The notes: generated by a model from the letters alone, not told the origin. A DNA stretch of 64,000 nucleotides from an uncultured Pseudomonadota bacterium (GCA_903921325.1 CAIXPL010000025.1:4905-68904), one strand, 5' to 3'. Shown: positions 17,563 through 26,992, numbered from the stretch's first letter. A program made the numbers and translations.

Positions 17563-18197
17563 ATCCAGTACGACAATGACGTCATGACCCGCGCCCCTGT
17601 CTGCATCAGGCGGCGCACCCACCCAGGCATGGTTGCAGCACCCAACCGCCCCGCCATGGCCGCGTGACCAGCCTCGTCCTGCTGCATTTGTTCGACGACC
17701 GCCCGCGTCGGCAGATCACGCGGACTGAGGCGTTGCAGATGCGATGCCAGGTGTGCTTCCACCTGACGCTCGGTCTCGCGCAGGAAGGCAAGATTCCAGC
17801 GATCGCCGGCACGGCCAGCCAGATAGCCCAGCAGCAAGGACCCGCCATACCAGAGGGGATTCAGGTAACTGGTACGCCCGCCCAGCTCATGCACCCGCTG
17901 AGCGCTCCAGGCCAGATGATCGATCTCCTCATCGGCCGCACTGCGCAAAGGCTGAGCAATGCGCGCACTGTGGGCGGTCAGTGCCTGCCCCTGATACAGT
18001 GCCTGCGCACAAACCTCACCGCAATGGTTGACGCGCATCAGGCGGGCCGATTGCCGGCGCTCGTGGCCGCTGAGTGCCGCAGGTGGCCAATTCACTGCCG
18101 GCGACGCTCGCCGCGCCCGCACCGACCCGGTGAGCGTTCTGAGTGCACGATCAAATTCGCTGATCAAGGCATCTGCGGATGATCGGGGCATAGGCAT
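17559..18197 (-). CDS. coq7: Di-iron 5-demethoxyubiquinol hydroxylase Coq7
   Basis: Track ORF trimmed to MPMPRSSADALISEFDRALR... (ATG 18197). Paired carboxylate-bridged di-iron motifs (GEVCAQALY, ADEEIDHL, ETERQVEAHL, QDEAGHA). Confidence 0.85.
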   Translation of the reverse strand: MPMPRSSADALISEFDRALRTLTGSVRARRASPAVNWPPAALSGHERRQSARLMRVNHCGEVCAQALYQGQALTAHSARIAQPLRSAADEEIDHLAWSAQRVHELGGRTSYLNPLWYGGSLLLGYLAGRAGDRWNLAFLRETERQVEAHLASHLQRLSPRDLPTRAVVEQMQQDEAGHAAMAGRLGAATMPGWVRRLMQTGARVMTSLSYWI

Positions 18198-18285
18198 GTC
18201 TTCACTCGTCGTGACCAACTTGCGATGAAACTTCACTGCACTACAGTATGCCTGTGTCAGGCGCAACCGCAAGAAAGAGCGCACC

Positions 18286-18314
18286 AATGAAAACGGGCGA
18301 CTTGCGTCGCCCGT
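18286..18314 (-). terminator. Putative intrinsic terminator of the porin gene
   Basis: 9-bp stem ACGGGCGAC/GTCGCCCGT (18293-18301 / 18306-18314) with a 4-nt loop. On the - strand it is followed by UUUUCAUU. It lies about 80 nt after the porin stop. Confidence 0.5.
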
Positions 18315-18394
18315 CATCTGATCTGACTCCGGATGGCAGGCTGACTGAGCCCTGCTACCCGGGGATTTTACGCGGTCACAAGGACCGCGCGGGA

Positions 18395-19693
18395 TCAGAA
18401 GTTGTGTTGCATACCCACGCTGATGATCTGAACCTGTGAACCCTTGTTCGTGGCTCCCAGGGGACCCACGTTCTGGGCGCCACCGGCGTAGTCGGCGTAC
18501 TGGTTCTTGTCGTTGTTCACGCGGTTGAACGCGGTGTAGATCGCCGACCGCTTCGACAGGTTGTAACGAACACCGGCCATGTAGCCCTTGGCGCCGCTGT
18601 TGTCGCAGATATTCGACTGATTGCCAACCGAGCATCCCTTGACCTTCTGCATTTCACCGACTTGGGCCAACAGGAGGATGTTGCCACCGACCAGTTGTTC
18701 CCAGGTGATGCCGACAGTGGTCTGGTTCAGGTTTTCCGACGTGTTGTTGGTCATCGTCGTGCCAGCCTGCGCCTCAGCGACCGACGTAATGCCCTGGTCC
18801 TTGAGGTGAATTGCAGTACCGATGACGTTGATCATGCCACCGGGCATGTAGGTGAAGCCGATACCCAGCTTGTTAGCAAAGGTTGCCGGATTCAGGTTAG
18901 CAGCTGCCAGGCCGCTTTGGTCAGTCGTGCCGTGTTTGACAACAAAGTCATATTGCGTCTGCAATGGTCCCCAGGCACCGCGCACGGTCAAACCGAGCAG
19001 CTGGGCATTGGTGTTCTTGCCGGCGGCGACGTTTTCCGCATTGTTGTAAACCGTTGCACCGGGGACTGCGGCTGTCGCAGGGGCGCTGGTAATGCCCGTG
19101 TTGCCGCCAGCATTGGTGTCAGGCGACCAGGACAACTGAGCATTCAAGCCAGCCATGGTGGGCGACTGATACGACACGACATTGTTCTGACGGGTCACGC
19201 CAGCCGACACGCGCCCTGCACCACCGGTCACCCAGGGGAGGTCGGCGTTGACATAGTTCGGGCCAGTCTGGTTGATCGTGCCGTTGCCCCAGTACACGTC
19301 CTGCTTACCGGCCTTGATCGAACCCCAGCTGCCTTCGAGGCCAACCCAGGAGGGACGCGACGCGAGGTAGCCCGTGCTGAAATTCTGCTGACCACCCAAT
19401 GCGGTGTTCTGACCGTTGTTGGCATTCAAGCCGCTTTCGATCTGGAACACAGCGCGCAGACCGTTGCCCAGGTCTTCCGTGCCACGAACGCCCAGGCGCG
19501 AGCCTGAATCGAACTGACGCATGCGCGACTTGTAGTCAAAGTTGGTGGCACCGTCATTGGTGGCACCAGTGGCCTTCGCGTTGTCAACACCCACGTTCAA
19601 ACGGCCATACAGCACCACATTGCTGGACTGGGCGAACGCTGCGGGGGCAGCGAACACACCAGCGACGGCTACTGCCAGAAGCTTCTTGTTCAT
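18395..19693 (-). CDS. Outer-membrane general porin (betaproteobacterial porin_4/OmpC-like type)
   Basis: Track ORF trimmed to MNKKLLAVAVAGVFAAPAAFAQSSNVVLYGRLNVGVDN (signal peptide plus the typical first beta-strand). C-terminal ...ISVGMQHNF. A GAGGAG lies before the ATG. Confidence 0.88.
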   Translation of the reverse strand: MNKKLLAVAVAGVFAAPAAFAQSSNVVLYGRLNVGVDNAKATGATNDGATNFDYKSRMRQFDSGSRLGVRGTEDLGNGLRAVFQIESGLNANNGQNTALGGQQNFSTGYLASRPSWVGLEGSWGSIKAGKQDVYWGNGTINQTGPNYVNADLPWVTGGAGRVSAGVTRQNNVVSYQSPTMAGLNAQLSWSPDTNAGGNTGITSAPATAAVPGATVYNNAENVAAGKNTNAQLLGLTVRGAWGPLQTQYDFVVKHGTTDQSGLAAANLNPATFANKLGIGFTYMPGGMINVIGTAIHLKDQGITSVAEAQAGTTMTNNTSENLNQTTVGITWEQLVGGNILLLAQVGEMQKVKGCSVGNQSNICDNSGAKGYMAGVRYNLSKRSAIYTAFNRVNNDKNQYADYAGGAQNVGPLGATNKGSQVQIISVGMQHNF

Positions 19694-20015
19694 TAACGAT
19701 CTCTCCTCGTTGGAATTCAAGCGGCCGGGCATCGAACTCATGTTCGCCTGCACCTGACACCACACTCGCCTCTCAGGACAATGCCTTGAGACTCGAGCGC
19801 ATTCTGCCCAGTGGATGACCCGATCAGCAATCCCTCATGTGCAGAAATGCCGCTTTTTTGCTTTTTTTGTTGCACAAACGCAACAATAACATTTTTCCTT
19901 ATAAAACAGTCTCTTAATTTAAGTTTGTTCAACTTCCATGAGAGGCTTTGGCGCGAGAAGGCGCGCATTAGTTGGCGGCACCGGCGACTGCCTCGTTGCG
20001 CGCGAGCCACGTGAC

Positions 20016-20804
20016 TCAATCGAACAGTGCGCGCAGCTGTGAACCGGGATCACTGGCACGCATGAACGCTTCGCCGACCAGAAAGGCATTGATACCCGCG
20101 GCGCGCAACCGCTCGACATCGTCACGGCTACGAATGCCGCTCTCACTCACCACGAGACGCTCGGCAGGCAAACTGGCACGAAGGTCGATACTGGTCTGGA
20201 TCGTGGTGTGAAAACTGCGCAGGTCACGGTTATTGACCCCGATGAGCGGCGTGGTCAGGGCAAGGGCGCGGTCAAGCTCTGCGCGGTCATGCACTTCGAC
20301 CAGTACGGCCATACCCAGCTCGTGCGCAAGGGACTCCAGGGCGCGCATGCGGGCATCTTCGAGCGCAGCGACGATCAGCAGGATGCAGTCGGCACCCCAG
20401 GCGCGCGCCTGGTACACCTGGTAGGGCTCAATGATGAAATCCTTGCGCAAGGCAGGCATCGGCGCGCTGTCGCGCGCGAGCGCAAGATACTCTGGCCGTC
20501 CCTGGAAGAACTGCTCATCGGTGAGAACCGACAGGCAGGCGGCGCCACCCATTGCATACGAACGTGCAATATCGGCAACGTCAAATGGCTCGCGCAGCAC
20601 GCCCTTGCTTGGGCTGGACTTCTTGATCTCGGCAATCACCGCGGCCTGCCCCAGCGCAATGCGCGCGCGCAAGGCACCGACAAAATCCCGCGGTGGTGCG
20701 GCAAGCCGGGCCTGCTCGCGCACCGTGGGCAAATCAAATACCGCGCTTGCCCTGGCAATTTCCTCGCGCTTGACGGCAAGAATGCGTTCCAGAATATCGC
20801 TCAT
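20016..20804 (-). CDS. trpC: Indole-3-glycerol-phosphate synthase
   Basis: 262 aa. [18 protein letters not shown] and IGVNNRDL motifs. Last gene of trpEGDC. Confidence 0.93.
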   Translation of the reverse strand: MSDILERILAVKREEIARASAVFDLPTVREQARLAAPPRDFVGALRARIALGQAAVIAEIKKSSPSKGVLREPFDVADIARSYAMGGAACLSVLTDEQFFQGRPEYLALARDSAPMPALRKDFIIEPYQVYQARAWGADCILLIVAALEDARMRALESLAHELGMAVLVEVHDRAELDRALALTTPLIGVNNRDLRSFHTTIQTSIDLRASLPAERLVVSESGIRSRDDVERLRAAGINAFLVGEAFMRASDPGSQLRALFD

Positions 20805-21838
20805 CGGGCCACCGCCTGGCTGGTGTAGGTGATGAAGGTATCGAGTCGCGCACGAGCAGCACCACTGCGGATTGCCGCGAATGCGCGCTCGACCCCCTCG
20901 CTCATCGTAGCGGCAATACCCGAGGCATAGATGGCCGCACCGGCATTGAGGGCGACGATGTCGCGCGCCGCGCCCGGCTGGTCGGCAAGCGCCGCCAGCA
21001 CCATGGCGCGCGACTCCTCCACCGTGGTCACACGCAGGGCGCGCGAGTCATGCACGGCCAGACCGAACTGCTCAGGATGGACAGCATATTCCAACACCTG
21101 GTCATCCTTCAGCTCACCAATCAGGGTCTCGCCGCTGATCGAGATTTCATCCAGTCCCTCGCGTCCGTGCACGGTGATCGCATGGCGCGCGCCCAGTCGC
21201 TGGGCAACCCGCACGAGTATCCCCACCAGATCGGGATGGAACACGCCGATCAATTGATTCGGGGCCAGCGCCGGGTTGGTGAGCGGGCCGAGAATGTTGA
21301 AAATCGTGCGCACGCCGAGTTCCTTTCGCACCGGTGCGGCATGCTTCATTGCGGCATGGTGATTGGGGGCGAACATGAACCCGATACCAATGTCATCAAT
21401 GCAGCGCCCCACCCGATCGGCCGGCAACACGATGTTCGCACCGAGCGACTCCAGCACATCGGCACTGCCCGATTTGCTCGAGACTGCCCGCCCGCCATGC
21501 TTGGCCACCCGCGCACCGGCGGCGGCAGTCACAAAGGCCGCTGCCGTTGAAATATTGAAGGTATGCGACCCATCACCGCCCGTGCCCACGACATCTACCA
21601 GGTGCGCCCGATCGGTGACGCTCACCTTGGTGGCCAGCTCGCGCATCACCTGGGCGGCCGCCGTGATCTCACCGATGGTCTCCTTTTTGACTCGCAGTCC
21701 GACGGTAAGCGCGGCAATCATGACCGGGCTCATTTCCCCGGACATGATGGTGCGCATCAGATCAAGCATTTCATCATGGAAGATCTCGCGATGCTCGATC
21801 GCGCGTTGAAGTGCTTCCTGCGGTGTGATCGGTGGCAT
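20801..21838 (-). CDS. trpD: Anthranilate phosphoribosyltransferase
   Basis: 345 aa. [18 protein letters not shown] motif. A 4-nt overlap with trpC. Confidence 0.93.
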   Translation of the reverse strand: MPPITPQEALQRAIEHREIFHDEMLDLMRTIMSGEMSPVMIAALTVGLRVKKETIGEITAAAQVMRELATKVSVTDRAHLVDVVGTGGDGSHTFNISTAAAFVTAAAGARVAKHGGRAVSSKSGSADVLESLGANIVLPADRVGRCIDDIGIGFMFAPNHHAAMKHAAPVRKELGVRTIFNILGPLTNPALAPNQLIGVFHPDLVGILVRVAQRLGARHAITVHGREGLDEISISGETLIGELKDDQVLEYAVHPEQFGLAVHDSRALRVTTVEESRAMVLAALADQPGAARDIVALNAGAAIYASGIAATMSEGVERAFAAIRSGAARARLDTFITYTSQAVAR

Positions 21839-21847
21839 GTGGCTGTC

Positions 21848-22429
21848 CTAGGTCAAGGTGTTAGCGCTGAGCGCAAGAAAATTGCCGAGCAGCTGATGGC
21901 CATGTTCGGTCAATACGGACTCCGGATGAAACTGCACTCCCTCGATGGGTCTGTGACGATGACGCACGCCCATGATCGCGCCGTCCGCGGCCCGCGCGCT
22001 CACCTGCAGACAATCGGGAAGGCTGGCCTCCTCGATGACAAGGGAGTGATAGCGATTGACCGTGAATGGCGACGGTATTCCGGCAAACACGCCCTTGCCA
22101 TCGTGCTCGACCGACGAGGTCTTGCCATGCATGGGTCGATTCGCCCGCACAATCTTCGCCCCAAAGGCAGCGCCTATGCTCTGGTGCCCCAGGCAGACGC
22201 CAAGCAACGGCCGATCAAGCGGCAACGCCTGTATCAGGGCCACACTGATGCCCGCTTCGGCCGGCGTGCACGGTCCGGGCGAAATCACGACCTGGGCCGG
22301 CGCGAGCGCCTCGATCTCATCCAGGGTCAGTGCATCGTTGCGTACCACCTGGGTCGATGCGCCCAACTCGCGCAGATACTGGACCAGATTCCAGGTGAAT
22401 GAATCATAGTTGTCGATCATCAGCACCAT
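21848..22429 (-). CDS. trpG: Anthranilate synthase component II (glutamine amidotransferase)
   Basis: 193 aa. LLGVCLGHQ catalytic Cys motif and GVQFHPES. Confidence 0.9.
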   Translation of the reverse strand: MVLMIDNYDSFTWNLVQYLRELGASTQVVRNDALTLDEIEALAPAQVVISPGPCTPAEAGISVALIQALPLDRPLLGVCLGHQSIGAAFGAKIVRANRPMHGKTSSVEHDGKGVFAGIPSPFTVNRYHSLVIEEASLPDCLQVSARAADGAIMGVRHRHRPIEGVQFHPESVLTEHGHQLLGNFLALSANTLT

Positions 22430-22432
22430 CGA

Positions 22433-23893
22433 CTATCTCCAGATCACGGTTTCGGCTGCGCGCAGCATCGCGCGTGCCTTGTTGCGCGTCTCGGTAGCCT
22501 CGGCATCGGGCTGCGAATCAGCGACCACACCGGCACCGGCCTGCACATGCAAACGCCCGCCGCGCAGCACTGCGGTGCGGATCGCGATGGCCAGATCCAT
22601 GGTGCCGTCAAATCCGATGTAGCCAATCGCACCGGCATATACCCCGCGGCGTTCGGGTTCGAGTTCGTCAATGATTTCCATTGCATGCACCTTGGGTGCA
22701 CCGCTCACGGTGCCTGCCGGAAAGGTCGCGCGAAATACATCAACCCAGTCCAGGCCCGGTGCGAGCGAACACTCGACGTTGGACACGATATGCATCACAT
22801 GGGAATAGCGCTCGACAGTCATCGCTTCAGTGACCTTGACCGATCCGGTCACCGCCACTCGGCCCAGATCGTTGCGTCCCAGATCGAGCAGCATCACATG
22901 TTCGGCCCGCTCCTTGGGGTCAGCAAGCAGTTCACGCTCCAGTGCAGCATCGGTGGCGGCGTCAGCACCGCGCGCCCGGGTGCCTGCCAATGGGCGCACG
23001 GTTACCGTGCCTCGCTCCGAGCGGACCAGGATCTCGGGCGACGCACCGACCACATGGAAGTCGCCAAAATCAAAAAAGAACATGTAAGGCGACGGGTTGA
23101 TCGCCCGGATCGCCCGATACAAGGACAGGCCACTGCCAGCAAACGCCTGGGTAAAGCGTTGCGACAGCACAATCTGCATGGCATCACCGGCCGCGATGTA
23201 TTCGACGGCGCGCGCCACCGCACGCTCAAACCTCTGGGCGGCAAAGTTGCTGTGCACCGGTCCCTGCGCCGGGTTGGTTTCAATTGGCATCTGCAACGGA
23301 CTGCGCAGCAAGGCGAGCAGCTCGTCGAGGCGGCGATGCGCATCGCGTAACGCCGCCACACGGCCGGGGTCGGCGTACACCACCAGATGCAAGCGACCGG
23401 TCAGGTTATCGACCACCGCCAGTTCTTCGCAGAGCAACAGCAACATGTCCGGACAGCCGATGCTGTCGGGTTTGAGCCAGCCTGCGGCGAGCCGCGGCTC
23501 GATCCAGCGCACCGTGTCATAACCGAAATACCCAACCAGCCCGCCATGGAAGCGTGGCAATCCGGCTATTGGCGCGATGTTGTAACGGCGCAAAAATCCG
23601 CGAACAAACTCAAGCGGATCGGCATCGCCGCCGTGCTCGATCACCGTGCCATCCTGAGTCACGGTGACGTGCTTGCCCGATGCCTTCAGTGCGATGCGCG
23701 AACCGATGCCGATATAGGAATAGCGCGCCAGTCGTTCTCCGCCGACCACCGATTCGAGCAGGAACGACCCGGACCGGCGCGCGAGTTTGCAGTACACCGA
23801 CAAGGGAGTGTCGAGGTCGGCGCTCACCGTGAGCACGACGGGAATGCGGTTATAGCCCTGTTGGGCGAGTTGCTCGAACTCGGTGTCGTTCAC
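22433..23893 (-). CDS. trpE: Anthranilate synthase component I
   Basis: 486 aa. FLLESVVGGERLARYSYIG (Trp feedback region) and the chorismate-binding C-terminal domain (GAIGYIGFDG, IRTAV). The only in-frame start is GTG 23893. Confidence 0.93.
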   Translation of the reverse strand: MNDTEFEQLAQQGYNRIPVVLTVSADLDTPLSVYCKLARRSGSFLLESVVGGERLARYSYIGIGSRIALKASGKHVTVTQDGTVIEHGGDADPLEFVRGFLRRYNIAPIAGLPRFHGGLVGYFGYDTVRWIEPRLAAGWLKPDSIGCPDMLLLLCEELAVVDNLTGRLHLVVYADPGRVAALRDAHRRLDELLALLRSPLQMPIETNPAQGPVHSNFAAQRFERAVARAVEYIAAGDAMQIVLSQRFTQAFAGSGLSLYRAIRAINPSPYMFFFDFGDFHVVGASPEILVRSERGTVTVRPLAGTRARGADAATDAALERELLADPKERAEHVMLLDLGRNDLGRVAVTGSVKVTEAMTVERYSHVMHIVSNVECSLAPGLDWVDVFRATFPAGTVSGAPKVHAMEIIDELEPERRGVYAGAIGYIGFDGTMDLAIAIRTAVLRGGRLHVQAGAGVVADSQPDAEATETRNKARAMLRAAETVIWR

Positions 23894-24008
23894 GGTGTGC
23901 CCTGCCTGGATGTTGAGATGCTGCTTCGGGGTGCGCTGCGCGGTCTGACGACCGCCCGCCGCGCGGGCGACTGGTCTGACGACCGCCCGCCGCGCGGGCG
24001 ACTGGAAT
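23894..24008 (-). promoter_or_regulatory. trp leader RNA / attenuator-like region
   Basis: Lies between the leader-peptide stop and the trpE GTG. It contains two identical GC-rich hairpin units (see the repeat feature) that can pair within or between units. No U-tract follows them. Confidence 0.45.
23942..24003. repeat. Exact tandem duplication, 2 x 31 nt
   Basis: GGTCTGACGACCGCCCGCCGCGCGGGCGACT occurs at 23942-23972 and again at 23973-24003. Each unit contains the inverted repeat CGCCCGC-N3-GCGGGCG. Confidence 0.95.
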
Positions 24009-24068
24009 CTAGCTGCGCCACCAACGCCAGCGATTCGCGCCTACCCGTGTCTCAACACAACAGAGCAT
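24009..24068 (-). CDS. trpL: Putative trp operon leader peptide (19 aa, MLCCVETRVGANRWRWWRS)
   Basis: Own translation of the - strand. ATG 24068, TAG 24011-24009. Three Trp codons occur within four codons (W-R-W-W), about 115 nt upstream of trpE. No clear SD. Confidence 0.5.
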   Translation of the reverse strand: MLCCVETRVGANRWRWWRS

Positions 24069-24100
24069 GAAAATGACAATCCGGAAGAAATAGCAGCGTG

Positions 24101-24130
24101 ACTATAGCTCAGCGTCCCTGCCGCTGTCCA
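24101..24130 (-). promoter_or_regulatory. Putative sigma70 promoter of the trp operon
   Basis: On the - strand: TGGACA (24130-24125), an 18-nt spacer, then TATAGT (24106-24101). It lies about 30 nt upstream of the leader-peptide ATG. Confidence 0.45.
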
Positions 24131-24235
24131 CAGCGGGGGGCCAGGGCGCCGTTTCGCATACCCCATGCTGCATTCAATTGTCGGGCAGCCCAAAACTTGT
24201 CGGGCCACGAATCAAACTCAGCTGATCGCAGATCG

Positions 24236-25696
24236 TCAGTCGGCAAACAACTTGCCCGGATTCATCAGACCGAGCGGGTCCAGTGCCCTCTTGATTGAGC
24301 GCATCGTGCTCAGTTCGATCGCTGATTTGTAGCGCGGCAATTCATCACGCTTGAGTTGTCCAATACCATGCTCTGCACTGATCGATCCGCCAAACTGCAG
24401 GACGCTGTCGTGCACCAACGCATTGACTTCGTCCAGACGCGACTCGAACTGCGCAGGTTCGACCCCGATCGGTGCAGCCAGGTTGTAATGCAAATTGCCA
24501 TCACCCAAGTGCCCAAAGGTAACCCGTCGCGCACCCGGAAAGGCACGCTCCAGCGTGGCGTCCGTTTGCGTGATGAACCGGGCAATGGCAGAGGTGGGCA
24601 CCGAGATGTCATGCTTGATATTGCGGCCCTCATGGGCCTGCGCTTCGGATACATTTTCGCGCAAGGCCCACAGCGCCGCGCGCTGGGCCTCACTGGCGGC
24701 GATGACCGCGTCGCGGATCAATCCGGCCTCGAGGGCAGCGGCAAGGATCTGCTCGATATGGCCTTGCAACACCGACTGCGGCGAACTGTCAGACAGTTCG
24801 AGCAGCACATACTGCGGATGCAGGCTGGCCAACGCATGCGAATCGCGCCCCGCTGCCACGGGCATCCCCGCGCCGGCAAAGGGCGGCGTGCACCCTGGGT
24901 AATGCTTGAGTACCAACTCGAGACAGAGCGCCGAGAACAATTCAAACGCGGTCAGACTGGCGCCAGCGCGGGCACGCGCCAGTTCAAGCAGGTCTACTGC
25001 CTGCTGTGGCGTATCACACGCCACGATCGCCGTGCATTGGGCAGTGGGCAGCGGAAACAACTTCAGCACTGCCGCGGTGATGATGCCGAGGGTGCCTTCG
25101 GCCCCGATGAACAGGTGTTTCAAATCATAGCCGGTGTTGTCCTTGCGCAGCCCGCGCAGGGCATCGAGAACCTCACCTGAGGCAAGCACAACCTCCAACC
25201 CCAGAGTCAGTTCGCGGGTGTTGCCGTAGCGCAGGACGCCGGTGCCCCCCGCATTGGTCGATAGATTGCCTCCGATGACACAACTACCCTGAGAGGCCAG
25301 ACTGAGCGGAAACAATCGATTGGAACTGGCGGCGACTTGCTGCAGATCGTGCAGCACGCAGCCAGCCTCCACCGTCATGGTGTCGTTCTTGGTATCGACA
25401 GCGCGCACGCGGTTCATCCGGGTGAGACTCACCACCACCTGATGACCCGATCGATCGGCGGTGGCACCACCACACAGACCGGTGTTGCCACCCTGCGGCA
25501 CCATGGCCACGCGCGCGCTGGCACAGGCACGCACCAGTGCTGACACCTCGGCAGTACTGCCCGGGCGCACGACCGCGAGTGGTTTTGCCTGATAGCGGCG
25601 GCGCCAGTCGGTTACATAAGGGGCCATCGACGATGCGTCGGTGAGAACATGTTCAGGCCCGAGACACTTGCGTAACTGCCCCAGCAACTCATTCAT
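24236..25696 (-). CDS. FAD-linked oxidase/dehydrogenase, GlcD / D-2-hydroxyacid dehydrogenase family
   Basis: 486 aa. FAD_binding_4-type N-terminal domain ([17 protein letters not shown]..., [12 protein letters not shown]) and a C-terminal FAD-oxidase domain ([12 protein letters not shown]). A 4-nt overlap with the rpe stop. Confidence 0.8.
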   Translation of the reverse strand: MNELLGQLRKCLGPEHVLTDASSMAPYVTDWRRRYQAKPLAVVRPGSTAEVSALVRACASARVAMVPQGGNTGLCGGATADRSGHQVVVSLTRMNRVRAVDTKNDTMTVEAGCVLHDLQQVAASSNRLFPLSLASQGSCVIGGNLSTNAGGTGVLRYGNTRELTLGLEVVLASGEVLDALRGLRKDNTGYDLKHLFIGAEGTLGIITAAVLKLFPLPTAQCTAIVACDTPQQAVDLLELARARAGASLTAFELFSALCLELVLKHYPGCTPPFAGAGMPVAAGRDSHALASLHPQYVLLELSDSSPQSVLQGHIEQILAAALEAGLIRDAVIAASEAQRAALWALRENVSEAQAHEGRNIKHDISVPTSAIARFITQTDATLERAFPGARRVTFGHLGDGNLHYNLAAPIGVEPAQFESRLDEVNALVHDSVLQFGGSISAEHGIGQLKRDELPRYKSAIELSTMRSIKRALDPLGLMNPGKLFAD

Positions 25697-26388
25697 GCTG
25701 GTTGGCGGCCCACTGGGGGGCGATCGTCGATGGCCGAACGCAGAGACGCGATCGTCTCGCTGTAGTCAGCAGTGCCAAAAATCGCCGAACCCGCCACAAA
25801 GGTGTCTGCGCCGGCGGCCGCGGCCGCCGCGATGGTGTCACGATTGATGCCGCCATCCACTTCGAGCATTACCGCTCGCCCCCCGGCAGCGACCTGAGCA
25901 TCGATACGCTGACGCACAGCCGCAATCTTGTCGAGCACATAGGGTATGAAGGCCTGGCCACCGAAGCCGGGATTCACCGACATCAGCAGAACCAGATCAA
26001 GGCGAGGCAAGGTGTAGTCGAGCCAGGCAAGCGCCGTGGTTGGATTAAGCACCAAGCCGGCCTTACAGCCTGATTCATGAATCAGGCTGATCGTCCGATC
26101 GACATGCTCCGAGGCTTCGGGGTGGAAACTGATGATGGAGGCACCGGCACGCGCAAAATCAGGGATGATTCGATCCACCGGCCGCACCATCAGGTGCACA
26201 TCGATCGGCACCGCTGCGTGGGGCCGAATGGACGCGCACACCATCGGCCCGATGCTCAAGTTGGGCACGAAATGATTGTCCATCACATCAAAATGAATGA
26301 GGTCGGCCCCGGCTGCCTGGACGGCGCGAACTTCATCGCCAAGTCGCGAGAAATCGGCCGAAAGCAGGCTAGGCGCAATCCGGATCAT
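25693..26388 (-). CDS. rpe: Ribulose-phosphate 3-epimerase
   Basis: Track ORF trimmed to [20 protein letters not shown] (ATG 26388; a longer start at 26427 is possible). [12 protein letters not shown] and VDGGIN motifs. Confidence 0.92.
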   Translation of the reverse strand: MIRIAPSLLSADFSRLGDEVRAVQAAGADLIHFDVMDNHFVPNLSIGPMVCASIRPHAAVPIDVHLMVRPVDRIIPDFARAGASIISFHPEASEHVDRTISLIHESGCKAGLVLNPTTALAWLDYTLPRLDLVLLMSVNPGFGGQAFIPYVLDKIAAVRQRIDAQVAAGGRAVMLEVDGGINRDTIAAAAAAGADTFVAGSAIFGTADYSETIASLRSAIDDRPPVGRQPA

Positions 26389-26454
26389 GGGTTGTATCGA
26401 CTTGCGTTGAGGGGCGGCGGGATTCATGATGCCATTCTACCCTTGGGGTCCACC

Positions 26455-26850
26455 ATGTCGCACGATCAGCTCATGCAAGACAAAAATGCCATCAGCGTGT
26501 CAGCCGAAGTCCGTTATCTGCCCGAGCATTCCGATGCCAGCGCGGAGCGCTATGTGTTCGCCTATACGATCACGATCCGCAATTCGGGTGCCAGCCGCGC
26601 CCAACTGATCAGCCGCCACTGGATCATCACCGATGCCAATGACAAGACCGAGGAGGTGCGCGGTCCCGGTGTGGTCGGCAAACAACCGATGCTTGAGCCT
26701 GGCGACAGTTTTCAGTACACCAGTGGGGCACAGATCAGCTCGCCAGTGGGCACGATGCATGGAAGCTATCAGATGCAGGCCGCCGACGGCACCCTGTTCG
26801 ATGCACCGATCGCACCCTTCACCCTCGCGGTACCACGAGTGTTGCACTGA
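26455..26850 (+). CDS. apaG: ApaG (DUF525) protein
   Basis: Track ORF trimmed to MSHDQLMQDKNAISVSAEVRYLPEHSD... (ATG 26455). 131 aa. Typical ApaG pattern YVFAYTITIRN...LISRHWIITD...PGVVGKQP. Confidence 0.9.
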   Translation: MSHDQLMQDKNAISVSAEVRYLPEHSDASAERYVFAYTITIRNSGASRAQLISRHWIITDANDKTEEVRGPGVVGKQPMLEPGDSFQYTSGAQISSPVGTMHGSYQMQAADGTLFDAPIAPFTLAVPRVLH

Positions 26851-26856
26851 GCAGAC

Positions 26857-26976
26857 TCAGCGCGGGTCGTCGTCGCGGGGTTTGCCACGTGGAACCGTCC
26901 ACCAAACGATGAGGATACCGATCACCAAGGCAACGGCCGCCTCGAGAATGATGATCCAAAGCCCGCTTTCGAACAT
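26857..26976 (-). CDS. Putative small membrane protein (39 aa, MFESGLWIIILEAAVALVIGILIVWWTVPRGKPRDDDPR)
   Basis: Own trimming of track ORF 26857-27120. GGGAGA lies 7 nt before the ATG. One clear TM helix is followed by a charged tail. Third-codon positions are mostly G/C, as in flanking genes. Caveat: the start is only 16 nt from the divergent mltA start. Confidence 0.4.
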   Translation of the reverse strand: MFESGLWIIILEAAVALVIGILIVWWTVPRGKPRDDDPR

Positions 26977-26992
26977 GCTTGCATCTCCCGCG

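Noticed and set aside
18371-18389. The hairpin CGCGGTC-N5-GACCGCG immediately after the porin stop, as a terminator.
   Set aside because: On the porin strand it is followed by UAAAAUCCCC, not a U-tract. The stronger candidate terminator is the 9-bp stem plus UUUUCAUU at 18286-18314. This one may be a stabilising or REP-like hairpin.
23942-24003. The tandem repeats as a possible CRISPR array or mobile-element end.
   Set aside because: There are only two directly abutting copies with no spacers, located in the trp leader. There are no cas genes or transposase anywhere in the window. The other repeats (35121, 36653, 38499) are likewise simple 2-3-copy tandem duplications.
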